DNA of 49,822 nucleotides from a virus (Duplodnaviria; Caudoviricetes). Numbering within the stretch: position 1 is the first letter of the stretch; each line of letters starts with the position of its first letter. The stretch spans positions 1 to 49,822 of the IMG/VR virus record IMGVR_UViG_3300044983_000106, one strand, 5' to 3'. Of this stretch, positions 26,543 through 37,000 are shown one piece after another. The translations under genes and the position numbers were made by a program. The notes below the pieces were generated by a model that saw only the letters and a program-made list of their open reading frames with translations, searched no databases and had not been told where the DNA came from.

Positions 26543-27013
26543 ATGCCCTCCAACACCGATATCTGTAACCGTGCAGATAAACTTTCACAGCTTTTACTGG
26601 AAACAGAATCAGGTTGCTGGGAGTTTATTGGCGGCCGCACAGGTTCCGGTTACGGTGCTTACACAGAGGGACGAACATACTATAAAGGTGCTCATGTAGT
26701 AGCCTTTGAACTTGAAAATGGTGCTGTGCCTGATGGCATGTTCGTTCTACACAAATGTGATAATCCCCCATGTTGTCGTCCTGATCATTTATTCTTGGGA
26801 GATCATCAAACAAATAAAGACGATGAAGTAGCTAAAGGTAGAAATGTTTACGGTGAACGTGTGGGTAATCATAAACTTACTGAAGATGATGTTCGTCACA
26901 TCAGACAACTTTTGGCTGCTGGAGAATCATTATCCGCAATTGGCCGCAAGTTCAATGTAACTCATGCGTCAATCTATTATATTAAGATCAGTCGCAATTG
27001 GGGTTGGCTATAA
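26543..27013 (+). CDS. free-standing HNH homing endonuclease
   Basis: GCWEF.G...GYG, VLHKCDNPPCCRPDHLFLG...N; C-terminal KLTEDDV HTH. Confidence 0.92.
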   Translation: MPSNTDICNRADKLSQLLLETESGCWEFIGGRTGSGYGAYTEGRTYYKGAHVVAFELENGAVPDGMFVLHKCDNPPCCRPDHLFLGDHQTNKDDEVAKGRNVYGERVGNHKLTEDDVRHIRQLLAAGESLSAIGRKFNVTHASIYYIKISRNWGWL

Positions 27014-28107
27014 TGCCCTCAAATACTGATATTTGCAATAGAAGTTTGCAGACCTTTGGTACTCGCACTGACGTTACAGATGCCGAACTCGCAGCCAACT
27101 CCACCAATGAGGCAAAGCAATTCAACCTCATTGCCTTCAATCTTCGCGATGACCTCCTGCGCCTAGCCCCATGGGATTGTGGCCTTCGGGTTGCCAACCT
27201 CACCTACATCTCCTCTGTCGTTGGCACCCCGGAGAACCAATCCCCAATCACTGCCCTGTGGACTCCGGGGCAGCCCGCACCGCCGTGGCAATACGAATAT
27301 CAATACCCAGTGGATTGCCTCCGAGCGGTGTCCATCATCCCCGCCAACCAAGTTGGCTTCTCGGGCACCATCCCCATCTCCCCTGCCGTGACCGGCGGTG
27401 CTTCCACTTGGTGGCAAGGTCAGCCGGTCAAGTACAAAGTCCAAACGGATCAATTCCGCCCGGTGACTTCAGCCACAGTTGCCAATGGCGGCACAGGTCA
27501 CGCCGTAGGCGATATCATCACCCTACCCCTTGGCCCAGTGACCTCGGCCCCTGTCGGTGCTCCGGTTCAGCTTCAGGTCCTTACCGCTCCCGGCGGCATC
27601 ATCGGCACAGTGGCTGTGGTTAATGTCATCATCGGCACACCCACAGCGGCGCCACTCGGCGGATCGTACTTCGGCGTTCAAACAAATCCCATCGCCCAGG
27701 CCTCCACCACTGGCGTCGGCATCAACGCCACCTTCAACTTAGTCCAAGGCCCTGCGGATGACCAGCGTGTCATCTTAACCAATCAAGAATTCGCCACGTT
27801 GATGTACGTCAAGCAAGTCACCAACCCTAACGTTATGGACACCCTGTTCCAAACCGCTTGGATCAAGCTCACTGGCGCGGCTATGCAGATGGCCCTGCGC
27901 GGGGACAAGGGTGTCTCCAATATGTTGATTGAGGAGGTCAACAAGGCCATTCAGTCCGCGCGGTCCATCGATGGCAACGAAGGCCTGACCATCAACGATG
28001 TGACCCCGGATTGGGTTCGCATGCGCGGCATTGCCTGGAGCGATGGCTACATGTCCGGTCCCTTTGCAGGGTTTGACTGGGGCGGCCTTTGGCCAAGTTA
28101 TCAATAA
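27013..28107 (+). CDS. tail tubular protein A / head-tail adaptor with inserted beta domain
   Basis: DICNRSL..G, RDDLLR..PW, WQYEYQYPVDCLR. Confidence 0.85.
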   Translation: MPSNTDICNRSLQTFGTRTDVTDAELAANSTNEAKQFNLIAFNLRDDLLRLAPWDCGLRVANLTYISSVVGTPENQSPITALWTPGQPAPPWQYEYQYPVDCLRAVSIIPANQVGFSGTIPISPAVTGGASTWWQGQPVKYKVQTDQFRPVTSATVANGGTGHAVGDIITLPLGPVTSAPVGAPVQLQVLTAPGGIIGTVAVVNVIIGTPTAAPLGGSYFGVQTNPIAQASTTGVGINATFNLVQGPADDQRVILTNQEFATLMYVKQVTNPNVMDTLFQTAWIKLTGAAMQMALRGDKGVSNMLIEEVNKAIQSARSIDGNEGLTINDVTPDWVRMRGIAWSDGYMSGPFAGFDWGGLWPSYQ

Positions 28108-28116
28108 GGCACCGTC

Positions 28117-30978
28117 GTGACTGAAACCATCGTTCAAGCCAGCTTTAACAGTGGAGAGTGGTCCCCGAAGCTATACGCCCGTGTGGACCTCGCCAAATAT
28201 CGCAGCGGCGCTGCCCTCCTCCAGAACTTCTTCGTCGACTACCGCGGTGGCGCCTCCACCCGCATGGGCACCCGGTACATCATTCAGTGCCGAAACTCCG
28301 CCGCTGCCGTTAGGCTGATCACCTTCCAAGCCAGCTTCGCCGTTGGCTATGAGCTTGAGTTCGGTGAGCAATACATCCGGTTCATCTTCCAGGGCGCTCC
28401 AGTTCTTGAAGCCACCACGGCAATCTCGGCTATCAACATCGGCACCTCCACAATCACCGACAACGCACATGGCTACGTCAATGGCGATTGGATTTTCATC
28501 ACCGGGATCCTCGGCACTGTCGGTAACCAGCTCAACGGCAACTACTTCATCGTCGCTGGCGTCACTGCCAACACCTACACCCTAACCGACCTAAATGGTG
28601 TGGCCATTGTCCTTACCGGGGCTTACACATCCGGCGGTACCGCCGCTCGGGTCTACACCCTTGCCTCTCCATACCACGCCGTCGATCTTCAGCTTTTGAA
28701 ATTCGCCCAGAACGTCTCTCAGATGGTAATTTGCCATCCCAACTACCAGCCCTATGTCCTGACGCTAATCTCCGCCACTAACTGGACTTTGCTTCCCTTA
28801 GTGATTGGCACAACAGCAACTACCCCCGGTTCGCCGGTTGTGACGGTGAATTTCCCGGCCCCAGGCGCTGCACCTGCGTCAACATTCTATTCCTATGCCG
28901 TCACCTCCATTGATAGCAATGGCCAAGAATCCTCACCTTCAACCGGTGGTGGCTTTGGCCCGACATATGATATCCGCAGCGTAGCTGGGTCACTTCAAGT
29001 TGCGTGGCCGGCAGTTGCAGGGGCTGTAGGTTACAACGTATACAAGGCCGATGTGAGTTACATCGGAGTTGTTCCCGCTGGGGTCACCTATGGATTCATC
29101 GGTAGCACCGCGGGCAATGGCAGTACGAGTTTAATCGATTCCAACATCAACCCCGACTTCACTCAAACCCCACCCATTTCCAAAAACCCATTCCTTGGCA
29201 ATGGTGTGGCCTCGGTCGCTGTCACTGCCGCTGGCACCTACACAACGGTTCCGAGTGTGTCCTTTACCGGGGCAGCCTCAACCATTGCTGGCTCCTGCGC
29301 CGCAGTGCTTCAGGTTCAAGGCACTCCCACAATCGGTGCCGGCGGAGCCAACTACGCCGTTAACGACCGCGTGACCTTTACCAATGGCGTAGTTTTGGTT
29401 GTGGCCACCCTTGCCGGCAGCGCTGTGGCCACATGGAAGATTATCTCAACCTCTGGCGGTAGTCCCGGCTCCGTGACCGTTGGCAACACCCCAGCTAACC
29501 CTGTGGCTCAACTCACAACCACAGGCATCGGTACTGGCGCCACCGCCAACCTCACTTGGGGTGTGGGCGTTGTACAAGTCACAGCCCCAGGCTCTGGCTA
29601 CACCTCAACTCCCACCGTGACCTTTTCCTCAGGCGCTGCCACTGCAACTGCCACTCTCGGTGCTGCCTCCAATGGCTTTCCATCTGTGCCGGGATATTTC
29701 CAACAGCGGCTGGTGTTGGCATCGCCATCGGCAGCCCCATCGACCTTCTACTGCTCCCAACCCGGTGCGTACTTCAACTTCAACGTCTCACAAATCACTC
29801 AAGCCGACGACTCCATCACCGGAACCCTAGTCTCCGGGCAACTCAACACCATCAAACAGATGGTCCCACAGACCTCTGGCTTGTTGATGTTCACCGACCG
29901 CACATCATGGCTCATCAACGGTGGAAGCCCAGGCTCCGCCATCTCACCTCAGGCCCTAGTCTCCAATCCCCAATCCTTCAACGGCATCGCTGACATCCAA
30001 CCCATCATAGCCAATTTCGATGTGCTCTATATTCAAGCCAAGGGCTCAATCGTTCGCGACAGCACCTACAACATCTACGCCAATGTCTATACCGGCACAG
30101 ATATCTCGGCCATTGCATCGCATCTATTCTTCGGCTACACCATCACCAGTTGGGCCTGGGCGGAAGAACCATTCAAGGTTGTGTGGGCTATCCGTTCCGA
30201 CGGCACTATGCTAACCCTAACGTTCCTCAAGGAACAAGAGTTCATTGGCTGGGCCCATTCCATAACCCAAGGCAGCTTCCTATCCGTTGCCACAGTGATC
30301 GAACCCACAGCCACTGCGGGGAATGTCGACGCGGTTTATGTTGTGGTTCAGCGCACCATCAACGGCAACATCGTCAAATACATAGAACGCGTTGCAGAGC
30401 GGACCTTCCCTTCGGGTGTCGCTGACGCTTGGTGCGTTGACTGTGGCATCCAGTACTCAGGCGCTCCAGCCACAACCTTCAGCGGCGCGCAGCAACTGGC
30501 CGGAGCCACTGTCACTGGCCTCGCCAATGGAGTTGTGATCCCGCCGTTTGTGATGCCAACCAATGGCACCTTCACCCTAGGCACTGCGGCGTCCAAGGTC
30601 ACCATTGGCTTTGGGTACACCTGCGATCTTCAAACCCTACCCTTGGATATCGGTGAGCCCACCGTTCAGGGCAAGGTGAAGAAAATCTACGCCGTGGATG
30701 TTCGTGTGGCCGATACCCTTGGGCTTTCGATTGGCAGCGACTTCTCCCACCTTGTTCCAATGAAGGATTTGGTGGTCGGTAATGTTTCCTCGATGCTCAC
30801 CGGGCAATCGGTTCAGGTTGTGTCCGGGCTTGTCAATGGCGATGCTCGCACGATCCTTGACCCCACATTTAACGTACCGGGCCAGTATTGCATTCGTCAA
30901 TCCCAGCCTCTGCCCGCCACAATCCTCGGTGTCATCCCACAGTTCGAACTCGGCGACCCTGGATCCAAATCCCGATGA
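28117..30978 (+). CDS. tail tubular protein B (nozzle)
   Basis: QASFNSGEWSP.LYARVDL..Y, RLITFQ, FQQRLV, PLPATILG; inserted GSGYTSTPTV domains. Confidence 0.92.
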   Translation: MTETIVQASFNSGEWSPKLYARVDLAKYRSGAALLQNFFVDYRGGASTRMGTRYIIQCRNSAAAVRLITFQASFAVGYELEFGEQYIRFIFQGAPVLEATTAISAINIGTSTITDNAHGYVNGDWIFITGILGTVGNQLNGNYFIVAGVTANTYTLTDLNGVAIVLTGAYTSGGTAARVYTLASPYHAVDLQLLKFAQNVSQMVICHPNYQPYVLTLISATNWTLLPLVIGTTATTPGSPVVTVNFPAPGAAPASTFYSYAVTSIDSNGQESSPSTGGGFGPTYDIRSVAGSLQVAWPAVAGAVGYNVYKADVSYIGVVPAGVTYGFIGSTAGNGSTSLIDSNINPDFTQTPPISKNPFLGNGVASVAVTAAGTYTTVPSVSFTGAASTIAGSCAAVLQVQGTPTIGAGGANYAVNDRVTFTNGVVLVVATLAGSAVATWKIISTSGGSPGSVTVGNTPANPVAQLTTTGIGTGATANLTWGVGVVQVTAPGSGYTSTPTVTFSSGAATATATLGAASNGFPSVPGYFQQRLVLASPSAAPSTFYCSQPGAYFNFNVSQITQADDSITGTLVSGQLNTIKQMVPQTSGLLMFTDRTSWLINGGSPGSAISPQALVSNPQSFNGIADIQPIIANFDVLYIQAKGSIVRDSTYNIYANVYTGTDISAIASHLFFGYTITSWAWAEEPFKVVWAIRSDGTMLTLTFLKEQEFIGWAHSITQGSFLSVATVIEPTATAGNVDAVYVVVQRTINGNIVKYIERVAERTFPSGVADAWCVDCGIQYSGAPATTFSGAQQLAGATVTGLANGVVIPPFVMPTNGTFTLGTAASKVTIGFGYTCDLQTLPLDIGEPTVQGKVKKIYAVDVRVADTLGLSIGSDFSHLVPMKDLVVGNVSSMLTGQSVQVVSGLVNGDARTILDPTFNVPGQYCIRQSQPLPATILGVIPQFELGDPGSKSR

Positions 30979-31391
30979 ACATCATGAAGTTCAAATCGCA
31001 AGATGCATGGGACTTGCTTTATCCCGAGCATCTGTCAATGCTAAGTGAGTTCAATCAAGATACAATGCGCCGGGCGATACTTAATTCGACCTGGGTTTGG
31101 ATAGGAGACGTTAATGGAGAAATCTTCGGTTTCTGGGGGCTTATTGCCCCAACCCTGCTCAGCGACAGAGCCTATCTCTGGTTCTTCAGTACCGACAGCC
31201 TATGTAGGCACATTTTCCGATTCGTCAGGCACTCCAGAAGGGTTACAACAGAGTTACTCGCTCACTATCCAATACTCGTTGGGCATGGTCGATCCAATGA
31301 CGAACAAAGTCTTAGGTGGCTTAGATGGTGTGGTGCGGTGTTTGGCCCCAGCCAAGGCGACCTGATCCCGTTTGAAATAAGGTCTTCGTGA
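30975..31391 (+). CDS. T7 gp13-like / GNAT-fold internal virion protein
   Basis: N..SLRWLRWCGA.F; follows nozzle. Confidence 0.7.
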   Translation: MNIMKFKSQDAWDLLYPEHLSMLSEFNQDTMRRAILNSTWVWIGDVNGEIFGFWGLIAPTLLSDRAYLWFFSTDSLCRHIFRFVRHSRRVTTELLAHYPILVGHGRSNDEQSLRWLRWCGAVFGPSQGDLIPFEIRSS

Positions 31392-31927
31392 TGGCTGAAG
31401 CTGTTGGCATTATTGGTATGGGCGCTTCCCTCGCCGGAGGCATCCTCGGGGCGCAGGGCGCAAAGCAATCCGCTGCCTCCCAACAGCAGATGTACAACTA
31501 CCAAGCCGGTATCGCCAAGATCAACTCCCAGATTGATCTCCAGAACCGCGACTATGCGTTGAATGTGGGCGAAATCCAGGCTACGAAGTTCGGCCTTCAA
31601 GAGGCCCAGCAGGAAGGCCATATCCGAACGCAGCAATCGGCATCCAACCTCGATGTGAACTCCGGCTCCAACCTCGATGTTCAGACCTCTCAGCGCAAGC
31701 TTGGGCAGATGGACCTAACCCAGATCCGATCCAACGCCGCCAAGACTGCGTATGACTTTGATGTGAAGTCCACGATGGACCTCAACCAATCCACCCTCGA
31801 TATCATGGGCGGACAGAACGCCATCACCGCTGGCAACATTCAAGCCGAAGCCTCCATCATTGGCTCGGTCGGATCGGTGTCATCAAAGTGGATGCAGGGC
31901 AATCAAGCCGGGATGTGGGGTAGTTGA
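31388..31927 (+). CDS. ejection protein (T7 gp14-like)
   Basis: Gly/Ala-rich N-terminus, ASNLDVNSGS.LDVQ. Confidence 0.75.
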   Translation: MMAEAVGIIGMGASLAGGILGAQGAKQSAASQQQMYNYQAGIAKINSQIDLQNRDYALNVGEIQATKFGLQEAQQEGHIRTQQSASNLDVNSGSNLDVQTSQRKLGQMDLTQIRSNAAKTAYDFDVKSTMDLNQSTLDIMGGQNAITAGNIQAEASIIGSVGSVSSKWMQGNQAGMWGS

Positions 31928-34083
31928 TGCCACAGGTTCCCTACAGCGGTGCACCCACAGTCTCCCCCCAGCAGGATGCCACCCCTCGCTATGAGGCCAA
32001 TGTCACCCCGGATATGTTCGGCATCAACATTGGCCAGGCCGTTCAACGCCTAGGCGCCACCGCTGATCAGGTTGGGAATGAGATCTTCGCCCGTGGCCTT
32101 GCCATGCAGGACTTGGCCAACCACAGCGAAGCCCAAAAGGCCGATGCCGATTATATGGAGAAGGCCGGGGAACTTCACGCTGAGTTCTCGTCGAAGCAAG
32201 GTAAGGACGCGGTTGATGCCTATCCGCAATACATGGAGGACCTACGAAAGGCCCGTACCGACATCGGGGCCACACTTTCCAATCCCATGTCCCAGAAGCT
32301 TTATGACGCAGGGTCGCTGTCCACCTATGGCCGCACTGTATTCAATGGCGCTGGCCATGCTGCCACTCAGAACAAAGTCTATGCCCTTGGGGCTGCGCAA
32401 GCCAAAGTGGATGCCATTGGCAATCGCACTCTGGGGATGCCCACGGATGAGAATGCCTTCCAAGATGGGCTTCAGGATTCAGAAGACGAAGTCCGCGCTC
32501 AGGGTGCCCTCAAAGGCATGGCGCCCGAGGCCATCGACCAAGCAGTGGCTGCACAGACTTCCAGTCTTTGGTCCCAACGCATCAAGGGCCTTGTGAAAAC
32601 CCAACCCATTCAAGCCGGGAAGATGCTTGAGCAGGCCATTAAGGATGGTGAAGTCCAAGGCGAGGACATTGGCAAACTCACCGGTCTAGTGCAAACCGCT
32701 CGTAACACCACTGGAGCCAGAGTGGTCTCCAATCAGGTCTTCAGCGGCGCTAACGGCCGATGGGGCCAAGGCTCGGTTGACATCAAGGCCGCTGGGGAAG
32801 CCATTGGTCAGATCGAATCCGGTGGGAACTACGACACAGTGGGTGTGCAGACTGCCCATGGCAAGGCCCTTGGGAAGTATCAGGTGATGGAAGAGTTCTT
32901 ACCTGAGTTTTTGCAGAAGGCCGGCCTGCCTGCTATGACCTCAGCGGAGTTCTTGAAGAACCACTCTGCTCAGGACGCGGTCTTCAGTGCCAACTTCGGC
33001 GCCTACATGAAGCAAACCGGCTCAGCCAATGACGCTGCGTCCATGTGGCTGACTGGGAAGCCCCTGGCCGAAGCCGGTGGCCGAAAGGACGCCCTCGGTA
33101 CCGACGCCAACACCTACGTCCAACGGTTTAACGCCGCCTTGGCAAAGGGCGCACCCCTCAGCGCCAAGGTGGCCATGGGCAAGTCCATAGCCGCTGAGCA
33201 GGCCCCTGAGGATCCTCTCTTCCCGGACTACGTCCAACAGCGGGTCGAGACCGACCACAATCAACAAATCGCCATCAAGCGGGATGACATCTGGCAGGCG
33301 CAGCAACCGATCGAGAATGCCCTTACCGGCGGGGGTCAAGGCGGGAAGATCCCAACTACCATCGAGGAACTGACATCCGATCCGCAAGTCGCTCAAGCTT
33401 GGGACCGCCTCGGCGAACTTAACCCAGCGAAGCAACGGTACTACCTCGATGTGATGTCCCGCCACGCCAAGGGCGATCATGCCCTGACTGCTGCCAACAT
33501 GCCAACCTACCTCAAATTCACTGGCATGGCCAATGACCCTGACCGTGCGGCGGACTTCGTGGACGACAGTACCTCCAAGGCCATCCTCGACTCCGACATC
33601 CCCATCGCCAAGAAGTCTGAACTCCTGCAACTCCAACAGAAGATGCGTGGGAAAACCGAAGCTGGCAACCCCCAAATCCGTCAAGCTCTGCAAATCCTGA
33701 GCCCCGATCTTCAAGCCGCTGGGCTCAACGACCCCACTCGCAAAGACGACAAGGCGCAGTTTGTGGGAGCCCTTGCCGATCAGCTTCGACAGTTCTCTCA
33801 AGACAACACCCGGCCGCCGAAGTTCGAGGAATATCGTCAGATCGGGGCACGCCTCTTGCAGAACCAAGAGGTCCCAGGGCGCTTGTGGGGCACCAACACC
33901 ACTCCGGTGTATCAAGTCCCGGTGCCATACGACGTGCTCACTCAAGCCAAAAAGCTAAACCCTGCCCTAAGCGACTGGGACATCCAACGTGAATACACTC
34001 GGCAACTCTACAAGGAGAAATTCGGCAAACCCGCTAAGGCCGGGGCCTCCCCTTCCAACTCCAGCGCTCCGGTGAGCCAATAA
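31924..34083 (+). CDS. ejection protein with lytic transglycosylase domain
   Basis: AIGQIESGGNY...ALGKYQVM lysozyme-fold motif. Confidence 0.8.
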   Translation: MMPQVPYSGAPTVSPQQDATPRYEANVTPDMFGINIGQAVQRLGATADQVGNEIFARGLAMQDLANHSEAQKADADYMEKAGELHAEFSSKQGKDAVDAYPQYMEDLRKARTDIGATLSNPMSQKLYDAGSLSTYGRTVFNGAGHAATQNKVYALGAAQAKVDAIGNRTLGMPTDENAFQDGLQDSEDEVRAQGALKGMAPEAIDQAVAAQTSSLWSQRIKGLVKTQPIQAGKMLEQAIKDGEVQGEDIGKLTGLVQTARNTTGARVVSNQVFSGANGRWGQGSVDIKAAGEAIGQIESGGNYDTVGVQTAHGKALGKYQVMEEFLPEFLQKAGLPAMTSAEFLKNHSAQDAVFSANFGAYMKQTGSANDAASMWLTGKPLAEAGGRKDALGTDANTYVQRFNAALAKGAPLSAKVAMGKSIAAEQAPEDPLFPDYVQQRVETDHNQQIAIKRDDIWQAQQPIENALTGGGQGGKIPTTIEELTSDPQVAQAWDRLGELNPAKQRYYLDVMSRHAKGDHALTAANMPTYLKFTGMANDPDRAADFVDDSTSKAILDSDIPIAKKSELLQLQQKMRGKTEAGNPQIRQALQILSPDLQAAGLNDPTRKDDKAQFVGALADQLRQFSQDNTRPPKFEEYRQIGARLLQNQEVPGRLWGTNTTPVYQVPVPYDVLTQAKKLNPALSDWDIQREYTRQLYKEKFGKPAKAGASPSNSSAPVSQ

Positions 34084-37000
34084 TGGTTGATGCCACTGAC
34101 ATTGTCACTGGGTTAGCGCGATCTCGGAATGAGGCGCTGCCCCAGGTTGTTGGCAACATCGACGAAGATCCTGATCGGGCTCAGCGGGCCTACGACCTTG
34201 CCAAGATCACTGGCACTCCAGCCACATCGATCTATGGCGACCTTGATGAATTCGAACACAACACCAAAGCCAAGGTCGCCTCCGACATCGTCGCCAACAA
34301 TCCGCACCTGACGACGTTTGTCCAATCCAATCCGATGGTCCCCAAGATATTCGCCAATTCCTATGGGGTGTTGGATGAAGTCTCGTCGAAGATCTCGGCT
34401 ATATCCCTGCCAATTCGCAAGGGCTTCAACATTGGCGTTGGCTCTGGCAAGCTCGGCGATTGGACTGGGATTGATTGGGAAGACCCCGCGTTCCAGGCCG
34501 AACACCCTAACCAATCCATGGTGGCCGCGTTAGCCACCGGCATTACCGATCCCTTCGAAGCCGCAATGCGAATGATGTCGGGTGGGGTTTATGGCACTGC
34601 CTATGGACTGGCCGCAGCCTACAAGTCCATTGTAGGCAAGGACTTCCCAATCGACCCAGACGATCTTGCGCAGGCAGTGCAAGATCCAGCCACAATGGCG
34701 ACCCTGGGGCCGCTAGGCGAGATGGCAGGCGCTGCCCTAAGTCACAATGCCCATCTAGCCAAAGCCATTCCCTGGATAGAACACGACCGGCTGCCACCGC
34801 CCACTGTGCTTCCGGAGTTGGATAAGTTCCGCGAAGACCAAAACTCCAAAGACATCGAAAGGCTTCTGGATGCAACCAAAGCCGCAGCCGGAGTCCCTGA
34901 GCGAACCACCTCCCCAGACCTGTACCGTCAATTCATCGCAGATCACACGGATGCTGAGATCTCGGTCAGTGGGGACGCAGTGGCTGCTCTTTACGGAGAT
35001 AAGCTTCCCTTGCCCGATGATAATCTATTGGGATGGGTCCCTGGAATTGAGGATAAGGTAGCAGCGGCTAGGGCCAGTGGGGATGATGTTCACATTCCGT
35101 TGGCGGATTGGCTTACCCATATCCCGGATCTTCCTGATGTGATGAAGGCGCTGGAGGATGACATTCGGGTTCGGCCGGAGGGGATCACCAAGAACGAAGC
35201 GGAGTTGGCTAAGGAGGCCAAAGAGGCTCAGCCTGAGGGTACACCTGGCACCACACCGCTGCCTGACCCTGTCTCTGCTGTTCGCTCTGCCTCTGCCCTT
35301 GAACCGATGTTGTCGATCGGAGATCGTAAGCTTGCATTGCAACGGATGCAACAAGACGCCGGCACTCAGTTCGGCGTAGCCCAAGGCTTCCACGACTTCC
35401 ACCTTATGGACGAAAAGGGCAACCCAGTAGGTGCCCTCAACATCTCCGAACAGAAAGGCGGCAAGGACCTCTACGTCGATGGCATCACCGGGGTCAATGG
35501 CCTTGGGCCTAGGGACTTTGGCCCTAGGCTGATGATTGACCTATTGAAGCAACTCAAGGCCGAGTTCCCTAACGCCGAGCGCCTTGGTGGCCACCGGGTA
35601 TCGGGCGCACGTGAGGCCGCCGGTAAAGAGATGATCATGCCAGCGGCGTGGATTAAGCTCGACAACCCCAAGGGCTGGGAGACTGCTGAAGGCCAGAACG
35701 AACTGCGTCGAGTGCTCGAAGGCGGTCAGTGGGAGACCTATAGCCCTGGCACTCGTGCGTACATCAAACCCTTATTTGAGCGTGCTGAAGAAGACCAAAA
35801 GCTTATTCGGATGGTCAATGCCGAACTCTATCGCATTGTGCCGAAGAAGGTTCAGATCGGAGTAGCGGATCGCATCGAAGCGGGTGCGGCTAAGGGTCAA
35901 GCTGGAGCCATTGAACCGGTCGGGATTTACATTCGCTACCGTGAGACCTATCCCATTATCCTGACGTCATTGGAAGGAGCAGACCCACTTGGTACCGCTC
36001 GACATGAAGCCATCCACCACCTCCGCAACTACGGCTTCTTCGACAAAGGCGAATGGGCGACGCTTGAGACTGCTGCCAGAGACAATGGTTGGATGGAGAA
36101 ATATGGCACGCATCGGCAGTATCCCACTGGGGACCTTAACCTGAAACTTGAAGAGGCCATTGCGGAAGGCTATCGCCACTGGGTCCATGATGAGCTTCAA
36201 GTTACCCCCGAGGTTCAGGGTGTGTTTGCGAAGTTGAAGCAGTTCTTTGACAACATTCGTGAACAGATCTCCCAAATGCTTGGCAAGCCCGCCTCGTGGG
36301 AAGACATCTTCAAGAAGGTCGACATTGGGGAGATTGGGTCTCGGGAAGGGACGACGCCGATTGATCCAAGGTCGTTTGATGAGAAGCTCTCAGTGCAACC
36401 TCCTGAAGGTGGTTCCCGGCCATTTGAGCGCGCCCAAACCCTCGGCATGACCGACACTGCATTCCGTGCCTATGACAAGCGCCTTCAGGAACGCCATCAG
36501 GATGATGTAGCCAAAGCTACCGCCCGGGCCGAACGCCAGAAGTCCCGTCAACTCACTTCAGAATGGAAGTCCAACCGTGCCGAAGTTCGCAAAGAAGTGG
36601 CTGACTCGATTAGGAATCGACCTGATGTGGCAGCCGATCTTTTTCTGGCTGGGGATGGCCTTTATGGGCGCCAGCGTGGGATGGCTTATAAGCTGGATGC
36701 TGACGCATTAAGCCCAAAGCAAAAGGCCATGTTGCCACCGGAGTACTATGGGAAGGACGGTCTTCATCCGGACGATGTGGCTCGGATGTTTGGATATGGC
36801 AGTGGCGACACCATGGTGGATAAGCTGTCGGCGTATAATGTCACTCGGCGGATGGCAAATATGTCGTCCAAGGACTTCGTTGCTAGGGTCATTGACATCG
36901 AAACCGATCGGCAGATGAAGCTGCGCTACGGCAACCTCGATGAAAACATCATGGACTCGGTGAAGGAACAGGTGGCTGGGGAGACCCAACAGAACCTTGT

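Noticed and set aside
26543-27013. Group I intron containing the HNH
   Set aside because: ORF fills the insert with no room for a ribozyme core, and the duplicated start makes splicing unnecessary
11777-30978. Diversity-generating retroelement, given the BPP-1-like head genes
   Set aside because: No reverse transcriptase and no TR/VR repeat pair seen
33022-33945. Long antisense ORFs here and at 16613-17353, 11854-12522, 7359-7925
   Set aside because: Shadows of codon-biased genes on the opposite strand, with no motifs
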